From an uncultured Planctomycetota bacterium (GTDB lineage Bacteria; Planctomycetota; Planctomycetia; Isosphaerales; Isosphaeraceae): a DNA stretch of 64,000 nucleotides. Position 1 is the stretch's first letter. Each line of letters begins with the position of its first letter. Below are positions 55,246 to 64,000 of the stretch, one piece after another. The translations under genes were made by a program, and so were the position numbers. The notes below the pieces were generated by a model. The model saw nothing but the letters and a program-made list of their open reading frames with translations, had not been told where the DNA came from and did not search any database. The stretch spans positions 224,001 to 288,000 of the forward strand of contig CAWJTV010000031.1 in NCBI GenBank assembly GCA_963845755.1, given 5' to 3'.

Positions 55246-56364
55246 TCAATGGGCGCTCGAACGTGGCAAGGTTGGGTCGGGTTGCCATAGGTAAAGGAAC
55301 GTGGGCAATCGAGATCGGTCCAGGCCAGGGTAACTGAAGGGGATGGCCTCGTTCAAGGGAGCGGGGTTTGGCGTGATGGCGTAGAGCGAGTGGGCGGGAT
55401 AGCCGGATCGGTGATACAGCACCACTTCCGCGCCCGATACGCCCGCCAGGTGCTCGGCCTCGGCGATCGCGTCGTGCACGTAGCCCAGCCGGTCGGCCAG
55501 ATGGAGATCGATGGCGTGCGAGGCCAGGAGGACACGGCCATCATCGGCCACCTGCCAGTCGTGGGCTGTCATCGCGGGGCGACGGTCCTTGACGCGACGT
55601 TTCAGGTGGTTGCGGTAGGCGTCGGCCATCGCCTCGAGCATCTTGCGCGTCTCGTCATCGAGCGGGCCGGTCACCGTCCCCATGTCGATCTTCACCCCCG
55701 ATTTCACCGGGTCCGCGAACAGGTTGAGCTGGGCCATCGCATCCTGGAGGTTGTAATGGTTGAAGACCACACCCAGGCCGCCCGTCAGGGTCGTGGGATG
55801 GGCTACGATCCGGTCGGACTCGACGGCGACGAAATAGGCGCCCGAAGTCGCCAGGTCCATCAGGCAGGCGATGACCGGCCTGTGCGTCTCGGCCTTGAAC
55901 CGGCGCAGCTCCTCGGCCATGACGTCGCAGGTCGTCACGCTGCCGCCGGGGCTGTTGATCCGCAGCAGGACCGCGACGACCCGGGGATCCTGCGCCGCGG
56001 CGTCGAGCTTGTCGCGGAAGGCCGCGAGCGGATTGTCGCCAACGGCATAAAAGCTGCCGTAATTCTGATTCAGGAGGACTCCGTCGATGTCGATCAGGGC
56101 GATCCGGGCACAGGGTGCAGGAGCCTGGCCGGCTCGGACCACCTTGACGACCATCTCGCCCGGATCGACCGCCGACGGGAGTTTGACATCCACGGAGCCC
56201 CGGACATTAGCCTCAGCCACGATTCCGGCATCCCCGCGAAATGTCGCGGCGACCGGAAGCGCATGGCCGCACCCGCCCGTCGTGACTGCCGAAGCTCCGG
56301 CAAGCAGGATAAGGAAGACCGGTCGGTACGCTCGGAACCGGCGCGCGACGTGGTGATGCTGCAT
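55246..56364 (-). CDS. sppA: S49 family signal peptide peptidase (short SppA), possible lipoprotein
   Basis: LLRINSPGGSV, ATSGAYFVA..DRIVAHPTTLTGGLGV, KSG..KID; AGGAGG RBS; TTGGC. Confidence 0.88.
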   Translation of the reverse strand: MQHHHVARRFRAYRPVFLILLAGASAVTTGGCGHALPVAATFRGDAGIVAEANVRGSVDVKLPSAVDPGEMVVKVVRAGQAPAPCARIALIDIDGVLLNQNYGSFYAVGDNPLAAFRDKLDAAAQDPRVVAVLLRINSPGGSVTTCDVMAEELRRFKAETHRPVIACLMDLATSGAYFVAVESDRIVAHPTTLTGGLGVVFNHYNLQDAMAQLNLFADPVKSGVKIDMGTVTGPLDDETRKMLEAMADAYRNHLKRRVKDRRPAMTAHDWQVADDGRVLLASHAIDLHLADRLGYVHDAIAEAEHLAGVSGAEVVLYHRSGYPAHSLYAITPNPAPLNEAIPFSYPGLDRSRLPTFLYLWQPDPTLPRSSAH

Positions 56365-56505
56365 CGCGGCTCCTCCTGAAACGGCGGGCGCAAAGCCCGC
56401 ACCTCGCGACGTCATGGATTTACTATCGGCTCGTTCGCTGCCAAACTTGCCCTCAACACCCTTGCAGGTCCTACAACCGGAAATCGACAGAGGAGAAGGA
56501 CGGTT

Positions 56506-57396
56506 ATGCTCGTCATCACATGCGCAGTCTGGCTGGCAACGATCGGCGAGGAGCCGCGGATCGAGCCGGGCCATGCCGGGAATTCGGTCTATCTTGAGGT
56601 GCTCGACCGCGGATTGAAGGCGGATGGTCAGACGGTTAAACTACCCGACCCCCAACTGCGCGACGGCCAGACCGCCGACGATCAGCGCAAGGCACTCCGC
56701 ATGGTGGCCGGTTCCGACCGGCGGCTCGAGGAGTTGATCCGCAACTCGGTCACAGCCCCCTACATCATCAAGGTCCGTGACGTCAAGACCGAGTCGGGAA
56801 CGATCCGCGCCGTCGATCTCTGGTTCGTGGTCTATGGGGAACTCGGTCAGGTCGACGCGGCGAAAGAGGCCGCCCGCTCCGACGGCAAGGAAGTTGAGGC
56901 CGGTAACATGGCCGTACAGACCCGGCTCTTGAAGTCGGCCGAGCTGGGTGCTGCGGGAATCGGGCCGGAACGAGAAACGACAGGCCGGACGTCATGGTAC
57001 GCCCATATCCACGGGCGGTTGCTCGACCGCATCGAGCTCGACGCGACGAACCAGGTCGTCGCCTCCCAGACGGACGAATCGATCGTCATCGCGGCACGAA
57101 CCGACCTGGCATTCGACAAAGCGGGGCCGAATGCCAATCGCTGGCGGCCAATCGGGACAAGCGGAGGCAGGAAGGACGAGGGCTCGCTGAAGCCTTATAT
57201 CGGCGGGATCAGCTATACCAAGATCAGCCGCCTGGCTTCCCAGCCGGGAGCCTTGTTCGTCGAGATGCACGCGGCGTTCGTCGAGCCTCAAGAATGGTTC
57301 CAGGGCGCGCCGATCTTGCGGTCGAAGTTCAGCATCATCGCGCAGGACCAGATCCGCACATTGCGCCGCGAGCTGGAAAAAAAACGGGGGAAGTGA
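56506..57396 (+). CDS. Hypothetical secreted protein
   Basis: AAGGA RBS, hydrophobic N-terminus, C-terminal EPQEWFQGAPILRSK. Confidence 0.7.
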   Translation: MLVITCAVWLATIGEEPRIEPGHAGNSVYLEVLDRGLKADGQTVKLPDPQLRDGQTADDQRKALRMVAGSDRRLEELIRNSVTAPYIIKVRDVKTESGTIRAVDLWFVVYGELGQVDAAKEAARSDGKEVEAGNMAVQTRLLKSAELGAAGIGPERETTGRTSWYAHIHGRLLDRIELDATNQVVASQTDESIVIAARTDLAFDKAGPNANRWRPIGTSGGRKDEGSLKPYIGGISYTKISRLASQPGALFVEMHAAFVEPQEWFQGAPILRSKFSIIAQDQIRTLRRELEKKRGK

Positions 57397-57460
57397 ACGG
57401 CGGGTCTGGTTGGATCGACGATCGGGGGCGCATCCTCGGAGCCGTGGCGATCGGCCGAGA

Positions 57461-58018
57461 TCAGGAAGACCGTCCGTCCGATCCGTTCGCCTTCACCTGC
57501 CAATCAAGGGCCACCGCCAGGAAGAGATCCGCCCGCAAATCGGACTCGAACGACTGGAGCGGAACGAACAGCGCGGTGTCGTTCTGATCGACGATACACA
57601 CCAGGTAGCCATGAGCCTTGCCGAGCTTGCGTATCGTCCGCCACGGGCGGAAGACCTTGCAGCCGTCCTCCAACGTGTGTTCGATGCCTTCCGGCTTGGC
57701 CGTCAGGGTTTGCTCGGTGAAATGGCCACCCAATTGAGCCGCCCGGATCATCCTTCGCTCGGCGTTCCGGGACAACATCCAGAATGTCAACAGGCCAAGC
57801 CCCGCGCCGATCGTCACGGCCATCGGGCGCGAGCGATCGGCGGCCACGATCATCAGCCAGCCGATCCCGCCACCACAGACCATGAAGAGGATGAGCCCAT
57901 ATACGGGTGCCCGCCGATATCTCAATTTCCGATCGAGGCGAAACATCGTCAGCAGGTCGACCGGCTCGATCCGGTACCTAACGGTCCACAACGTCTCCGA
58001 CTCGGATTCCTGGGTCAT
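57461..58018 (-). CDS. YcxB-like two-TM membrane protein
   Basis: GGAGG RBS; 2 TMs then EGI...W..I...ALFVPLQSF pattern. Confidence 0.7.
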   Translation of the reverse strand: MTQESESETLWTVRYRIEPVDLLTMFRLDRKLRYRRAPVYGLILFMVCGGGIGWLMIVAADRSRPMAVTIGAGLGLLTFWMLSRNAERRMIRAAQLGGHFTEQTLTAKPEGIEHTLEDGCKVFRPWRTIRKLGKAHGYLVCIVDQNDTALFVPLQSFESDLRADLFLAVALDWQVKANGSDGRSS

Positions 58019-58174
58019 GCCCTCCCTCCACGATGAAGCCGACGAACGCAGGAGAGCGGCGCGACGATCGAGAAGAGGAAGTCCTTGACGAAGCCCACGG
58101 AGAACTCGCCGAGCAGGAGGGAATCTGCTTCGAAAACACGCGCCCATTCGGTGCGGCCGGCTGAGTCGGAACGA

Positions 58175-59105
58175 CTACCTTCTCGACGCGTGCTGGGATT
58201 TGACCGGGTGATCGTCCTTGGGCGGGAAGAGAAGCTTGCGGAGCAGCTTCTCGAGCACGTCGGGGTCAACGTCGATCGGACGCTTGGTGACCGCCACGAT
58301 CTGATCGCCCAGTGGCTTGGTCACCTTGATCCTCTGCCCCGGGGGCAGTTTGCGGATCGCGAACGACCACGAATAGGGGACGGTGCCGAGCACGCGCTTG
58401 GCATGCACGTCGAGCTCACAGTCAAAAGTCATCTGGGAGGCCAGCGAGTGCATTTCGGGCGGCGGCGGCTGTTGTTTGACGGTCGGCGGCCACATCGACC
58501 AGACCGCAACTCGCAGGCGACCAGTCGCCGGCTCGACACAAAAGGCATAGAAAAGGTCGATCTTGCTGTGCTTGCCCTGAACCATCATGGTGGCGGGCGT
58601 GCGCAGCAGGGCAAAGGTTGAACGTCCTCGAGATGATCCGCGCCTCGGCCAGCTCCGTCTCCATGGCATCGAGCACGATCTCATCCACGGTTGAGAGTTT
58701 GATGCTCAATGATTGCAGGCGGTCCGAAGTGACCACGATGTCTTCCTTCGGATTCTCGCGACTCGTTACGCAAATGCCGATCCCGACCCGGGAAAGGATG
58801 AACTGCTGGTCCAGTCCCAGCCCTTGGACATCCGCGAGGATGGCGGTGCGGAACAAGGTCGCCGTCTTCTCGGCCCCGGTCGGTAAAGTATCCCGATCTC
58901 CCGAAGTCAGGCGTGGGACCGACTTCATGACCAGATGAGTCCAACCTTCCGGCGGAGTCTCCCCCAACCGTGTCGCTGCGGTGAGGGTGACCAGCCTGGG
59001 CTGACTCCCCCAAGCCGCACCGGCATTTACGAACGCCACCGAAAGGGCAGCAATCCACGTCACCGATCGCGGTGTCTCATCCCACCGTATGTGCATCCGC
59101 TGCAT
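58175..59105 (-). CDS. Hypothetical secreted protein; frameshift near 58615
   Basis: Signal-like N-terminus, PPEGWTHLVMKSVPRL, continues FALLRTPA...VPYSWSFAI in ORF 58175..58684. Confidence 0.65.
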
Positions 59106-59313
59106 CGTTTTCCTCCCCCCCATGAGAGGCAAATCCCGATCCGTGGTTGACTCCTCGGGTCGTGACTCTAACACGTTGCGCCAAAAACTTCATCGGCACC
59201 TTCGCCACAATCCCAACGATCGTCATTCTCCACGGAACCCTTTACCCCGAGCTTCGAGCGATTCCGGGAGATCGTCGAGTTCAGGACCTTATGATGATAG
59301 AAAACGAGTGCGG

Positions 59314-59346
59314 AGTCACAACGCAAGTCTCGGTCAAATTGTGACT
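59314..59346. promoter_or_regulatory. Inverted repeat, candidate enhancer (UAS) for the sigma-54 promoter
   Basis: AGTCACAA-N17-TTGTGACT, about 90-120 bp upstream of the -24 box. Confidence 0.5.
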
Positions 59347-59433
59347 TGAGCTGAGGATTCTCTCTCTCGAACACAGATAAACTCAAGCTCGAGAACCGAC
59401 GTTGACCTCGAAAATAAGTCTCTAGAGAAAAGG

Positions 59434-59449
59434 TGGCACAGTTTTTGCA
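59434..59449 (+). promoter_or_regulatory. Sigma-54 (-24/-12) promoter
   Basis: TGGCAC-AGTTT-TTGCA, exact match to TGGCAC-N5-TTGCW, pointing at the PKS. Confidence 0.8.
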
Positions 59450-59762
59450 CGAATCGCTCTGCGCACTTGAATTCTTAATTTCGAGATTCAGCCAAACCGA
59501 GACCCTGACCGCCTCGCAAAGTCTCCAGCCATTTCAGGGTTCAACGTTTCTCACGACGCGAAGCTGAACTGATCCATGCACCGAGCCGCTGGATCCATGC
59601 CACCGATTCCGCCTGTGACAGCAAAACGTTCCCAACGCATGAGATGTGGTGGGCACTCTTCATTTTTCCTAGAGCTACCAAACCAATTAGGTAACCCAGA
59701 CCAGTCTTTCTATCAGGTATACTACCTGGAGAGACGGGCAATCTGGGAGGCACGAACCGGTA

Positions 59763-62700
59763 ATGAGACGACCCCTAGCGAAGATCGAGGCGTTACCTCA
59801 ACCATCAGACGTCGCCATCATCGGCATGTCGGCGGTGTTGCCCGGTGCGACGGACCTCGCACAATTCTGGTCGCATACGCTACGAGGCATGGATGCCATC
59901 ACCGAGATCCCCGCAGACCGTTGGGATTGGCATCTTTATTACGACCCCGACCCCAAGGCGCCGGACAAGATCGTGTCGAAGTGGGGAGGATTCCTCCCTG
60001 ACGTTTGCTTCGACCCGTTGAAATATGGGATGCCGCCATCGAGTTTGCCTTCGATCGAGCCGGCGCAGTTGCTAGCCCTGGAGGTCGTCCAGAAGGCGCT
60101 GGCGGACGCCGGCTATGCCGATCGGCCGTTTCCCCGGGAGCAGACTGCGGTCGTGCTGGGTATGGGGGGTGGCGCGGCACAACTGGCGATGGGGTACGCG
60201 TTCCGATCGTACTTGCCCATGCTCGACACAGTGATCCCCGGCGGCGGCCGCGAAGCGATCGAATCGTGTCGGGGTCTCCTGCCCGAGTGGACCGAGGACT
60301 CGTTCCCGGGGTTCCTGCTGAACGTGACGGCGGGCCGGATCGCCAACCGGCTCAACCTCGGCGGCGCAACTACACGGTTGACGCCGCCTGTGGATCATCA
60401 CTGGCGGCGGCGGCAATGGCGGTGCGCGAGCTGGAGACCGGCGCTGCCGACCTGGTCATCCTCGGCGGGGTGGACACCGTCCAGAACCCATTCACATACC
60501 TGGCCTTTAGCAAGACACAGGCGTTCTCTCCGCGGGGACGTTGCCGGCCGTTCGACGCCGGGGCCAACGGGATCGTGATCAGCGAGGGGGTCGCCGCACT
60601 CGTGCTGAAGCGCCTGGCCGATGCCGAGCGAGATGGCGATCGGATCTATTCCGTGATCAAGGGGGTGGGCGCCTCCAGCGACGGCCGCGCCGCGGCCTGA
60701 CCGCGCCGTCGGTTGACGGTCAGGTCCGGGCCATCGAGCGCGCCTATGCCAAGGCGGGGATCCCGCCGTCGACCGTCGGATATGTGGAGGCGCACGGGAC
60801 GGGCACGGCGCTGGGAGACGTCGTCGAAGTCGACGCGCTCAGCCAGGTCTTCCAGGCCGCCGGCGCGGGACCGGGCGACTGCGTCGTGGGATCCGTCAAG
60901 TCGTTGATCGGTCACACCAAGTGCGCCGCGGGACTCGCCGGACTCATCAACGCGTCCCTGGCGTTGCATCACCACGTCCTGCCGCCGACGATCGGGATCG
61001 AGACGCCCAATCCCAGGCTCGACCTCCGGGACGGTGCGTTCCGCCTTTGCACGCAGGCACAACCCTGGCTCCATCCCCACGAGGACCGCCCGCGACGCGC
61101 AGGAGTCAGTGCCTTCGGTTTCGGCGGGACCAACTTCCACGCCGTCCTCGAAGCCTATGATCGCAACACCGATGTCGTACCCGCCGCGGCACTCCCCGAA
61201 TGGCCGATGGAGCTGATGATCTGGGAGGCCGATCAGCCCTCCGGCTTGATCGAGCCCATCGATCGATTGATCGCGGCGCTGGACTCCGGCGCGCGACCGG
61301 CGCTATGCGACCTATCGGACGCGTTGATCAGGGCGAGGGCTTCCAACGAGTTTCCGGCACAGGGTGACGCGACCTGTCCGCGCAGGAATCGCGCGCTCCT
61401 CGTCATCGTGACGGGCACGCACGACGACCTGCGCGTCAAGCTGATCCAGGCGCGCGGAGCGATCGCCGAGGGCCGGGCCGGATTCGAAGATCCGCGGGGG
61501 GTCTTCTTCGCCGCAAAGCCATTGTGGGCCGGAGGGCGAGTGGCGTTCCTCTTCCCGGGGCAGGGTGCGCAGGCTCCCGACATGCTGCGCGAACTGGCCG
61601 TCGTGTTCCCCGAGGTACGCGGAGCCTTCGAGGAGTTCGAACGTGTGGTCCAGGCGCAGGGCGGCCCGATCCTGGGACCGCTCATCTTCCCGCCGCCGGC
61701 CTACGATGACGCCGCGCGGGACTTGTTGCGTCGAACCTTGATGCCAACCGAGGTGGCTCAGCCGGCCGTCGGCGCGGCCTGTGTCGGAATGCTCCACCTG
61801 TTCCGCAGCCTGGGTCTCGAGCCCGACATGGTGGCCGGTCATAGTTATGGCGAGCTCGTGGCACTCCACGCCGCGGGCGCCCTGGATGCCGAAGGGCTGG
61901 CCGCGCTGTCCTGGGAACGCGGGCGATCCATGCAGGAGGCAGCCCGCGGAGATTCCGGCGCCATGGCGGCCCTGCTGGCTGGTCCCGACGCCGTGCAGCC
62001 GCTCCTCCGCGACGCACCGGAGATCGAGGCTGCCAACTGGAATGGGCCGAACCAAACCGTCATCGCCGGACCGAGCGAGGCTGTGAATCGAGCGGTCAAT
62101 CTGGCCTCGGCGCGGGATTGCAGCAAGGGTCCTGCCGGTCTCTTCCGCGTTCCACACGAGAATGGTCGCCGATGCCCTCGAGCCGGTCGCGCAACGGGCG
62201 CGCGACCGGATTCGCCGCGCGCCCGATCGACCGGTCTATTCGAACCTCGATGCCGCGCCCCATCCGGCCGAGCCGTCGGCGATCGCGAGCCGGTTGGGCA
62301 AGCACCTCGCCAGTCCCGTACGGTTCGCCGAGATGATCGCCGCCATGTACCGAGACGGGGCACGCGTCTTCGTCGAGGTCGGCCCGGGAGCGGTCCTCGG
62401 GCCGTTGGTCGAGTCGATCCTGAACAATCGGCCGCACCTGATGATCACCGGCGATCTGTCGTCGGCGCCCGGCTTGACGGGCTTTCTCCTCCGACTCGCT
62501 CGCCTGGTCGTCGCCGGGCTGCCGCTCCGGCTCCAACGTTTGACCGACGGCCGGTCGCGTCGCCGGCTCGACCTCGATCACCTCCCGGAAAACGGCCTGC
62601 CCGAGTCGGTCTCGGCGTCAACCTGGCTGGTCAACGGCAGCCGTGCCCGGCCGCTCAGAGCGCCCGAGCCCAGGCGACTCGGCACGGAGCCGGTCCTCCC

Positions 62701-64000
62701 GGTACCGATAAAGCCGCCCGAAGTCGAACCGAATGACGACCAGGCGCATACCCGGTCTCACGCCATCTCCGCTCTCGGGTCATGACAAACTGGATACACG
62801 CATGACACCCAAGACTTCGATCAGCCCGCCGAGAACACCCGCCCACTCCGAGCACGTCATGGAGTCATTCCAGAAGACCATGCAGGTCTTCCTCGACGTC
62901 CAGAAGGCGACGATGCTCGCCTACCTGAGTGGGCGGAGCCCGGCTTCATCGGAGCTCGCGATAACCACCAATGGAATCGATCAGGCCTTACCGACGACCG
63001 CCAAGAGGCCCGACCTGAATCGAGTCGAGATCGGGTCGGCGAAGTTCTCCGGCAATCTTCCGAACCAGAGGGCGTTCGTCGGCGAGGGCTCGAGCCACGC
63101 GGAAACCGAGTCCAATGGCGCCCCGGCCGGACGGAACGGGAAACCGGCCAACTACCCCACGTCGCCTCCGACAGTCCAGGCGGCGGCGATGTCCTCAACC
63201 GAGACTCCCGATCGGAAAACGATCACCGCCAGGCTGCTGGAGATCGTCAGCAATCGCACAGGATACCCGATCGAGACGTTGGGCCTTGACCTCGACATCG
63301 AGGCGGATCTTGGGATCGATTCGATCAAACGCGTCGAGATCCTGGGGAAACTGCGAGAGGAGTTCCCTAGCCTGAGGAACCTGCCGGATTCGGCGGAAGT
63401 CATGGAGTCACTCGCCCGTGCTCGGACTCTCGAGGCGATCGTCGATCGGATGGCCACGCTGGCGAACCAGGCCGCGAGCTCGACCATGCCCCAGCCGGCC
63501 GAGCCGCCATCCCGTGAGGTCGCGGCGCCGGCGGAGCCGGAAACCCCTCGAATCCCTCACATTTCATCCAACGGTCACGCCGAACCGGCCCGCCGGACGC
63601 TCCGGCGCATTCTGGAAGTAGTCGATGCACCATTGCCGCCAGAACGGCTCGGGCTGATGCCAGGCGGCCGTGTGGTCGTGACCGAGGACGGCAGGGGTGT
63701 GGCCGAGCAGGTCGCAGGTGTGTTGGAGTCCGCCGGCGTCGCCGTCGAGAGGATCGGCGGCCCCGATCGGCCGGTCGAGTGGACGTCTCCCTCCGCGATC
63801 GATGCCCGGCTCGAAGAACTGCGTCGATGTGGACCGATCGCCGGGATTGTTCACGCCCTGCCGCTGGGTCAGTCGAGCTCCGGAGATCCGAAAGGCCCTT
63901 GCTGGTCGGAACGAATCGGCGATGCCGTGAGGGGCTTGTTCTTGCTGGCAAAAGGGACGGCTGCGGACCTGGAGCGCGCGGCGCAGGCCGGCGGATCGTG
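59763..64000 (+). CDS. PfaA/Hgl-like iterative type I PKS (KS-AT-ACP-start of KR region), runs off the window; frameshifts ~60367, 60690, 62120 and a frame change ~62730
   Basis: DVAIIGMS, DAACGSS, EAHGTGT, GHTKCAAG, SAFGFGGTNFH (KS); FPGQGAQ, GHSYG (AT); LEIVSNRTGYP..EADLGIDSIKRVEIL (ACP). Confidence 0.92.

Overview
GC-rich bacterial DNA whose gene content points to a planctomycete, probably Isosphaeraceae-like (DUF4058, ECF sigma with C-terminal extension, ESLESRIVLS export motif, prenyltransferase-repeat/NPCBM/vWA cluster). From left to right the window holds: the end of a TPR gene; a b6-type Rieske/cytochrome b/subunit IV/octaheme cytochrome c operon followed by two cupredoxin-motif proteins; a ~20 kb PQQ-propeller/MoxR/DUF58/vWA/vWA/coiled-coil/two prenyltransferase-fold/NPCBM envelope cluster; a sensor-less His kinase, DUF4058 and hisH; an ECF sigma factor with an in-frame duplicated C-terminal cassette; an FHA-GAF kinase, proline-racemase-family, STAS, ceramidase-like and MFS genes; two HEAT paralogues; a Tat oxidoreductase; a large surface protein; an epimerase, SppA and hypotheticals; and the 5' part of a PfaA-like type I PKS behind a consensus sigma-54 promoter. 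About 30 apparent single-base frameshifts are spread over the genes and most likely reflect long-read consensus error, so CDS coordinates span the reconstructed genes. No rRNA, tRNA, CRISPR array or transposase was recognised. The strongest leads are the ECF internal-start/spare-cassette arrangement, the repeated-helix disordered tail on the Rieske protein, the MoxR-vWA envelope cluster with a 543-bp identical tract between tandem paralogues, and the sigma-54-driven PKS.
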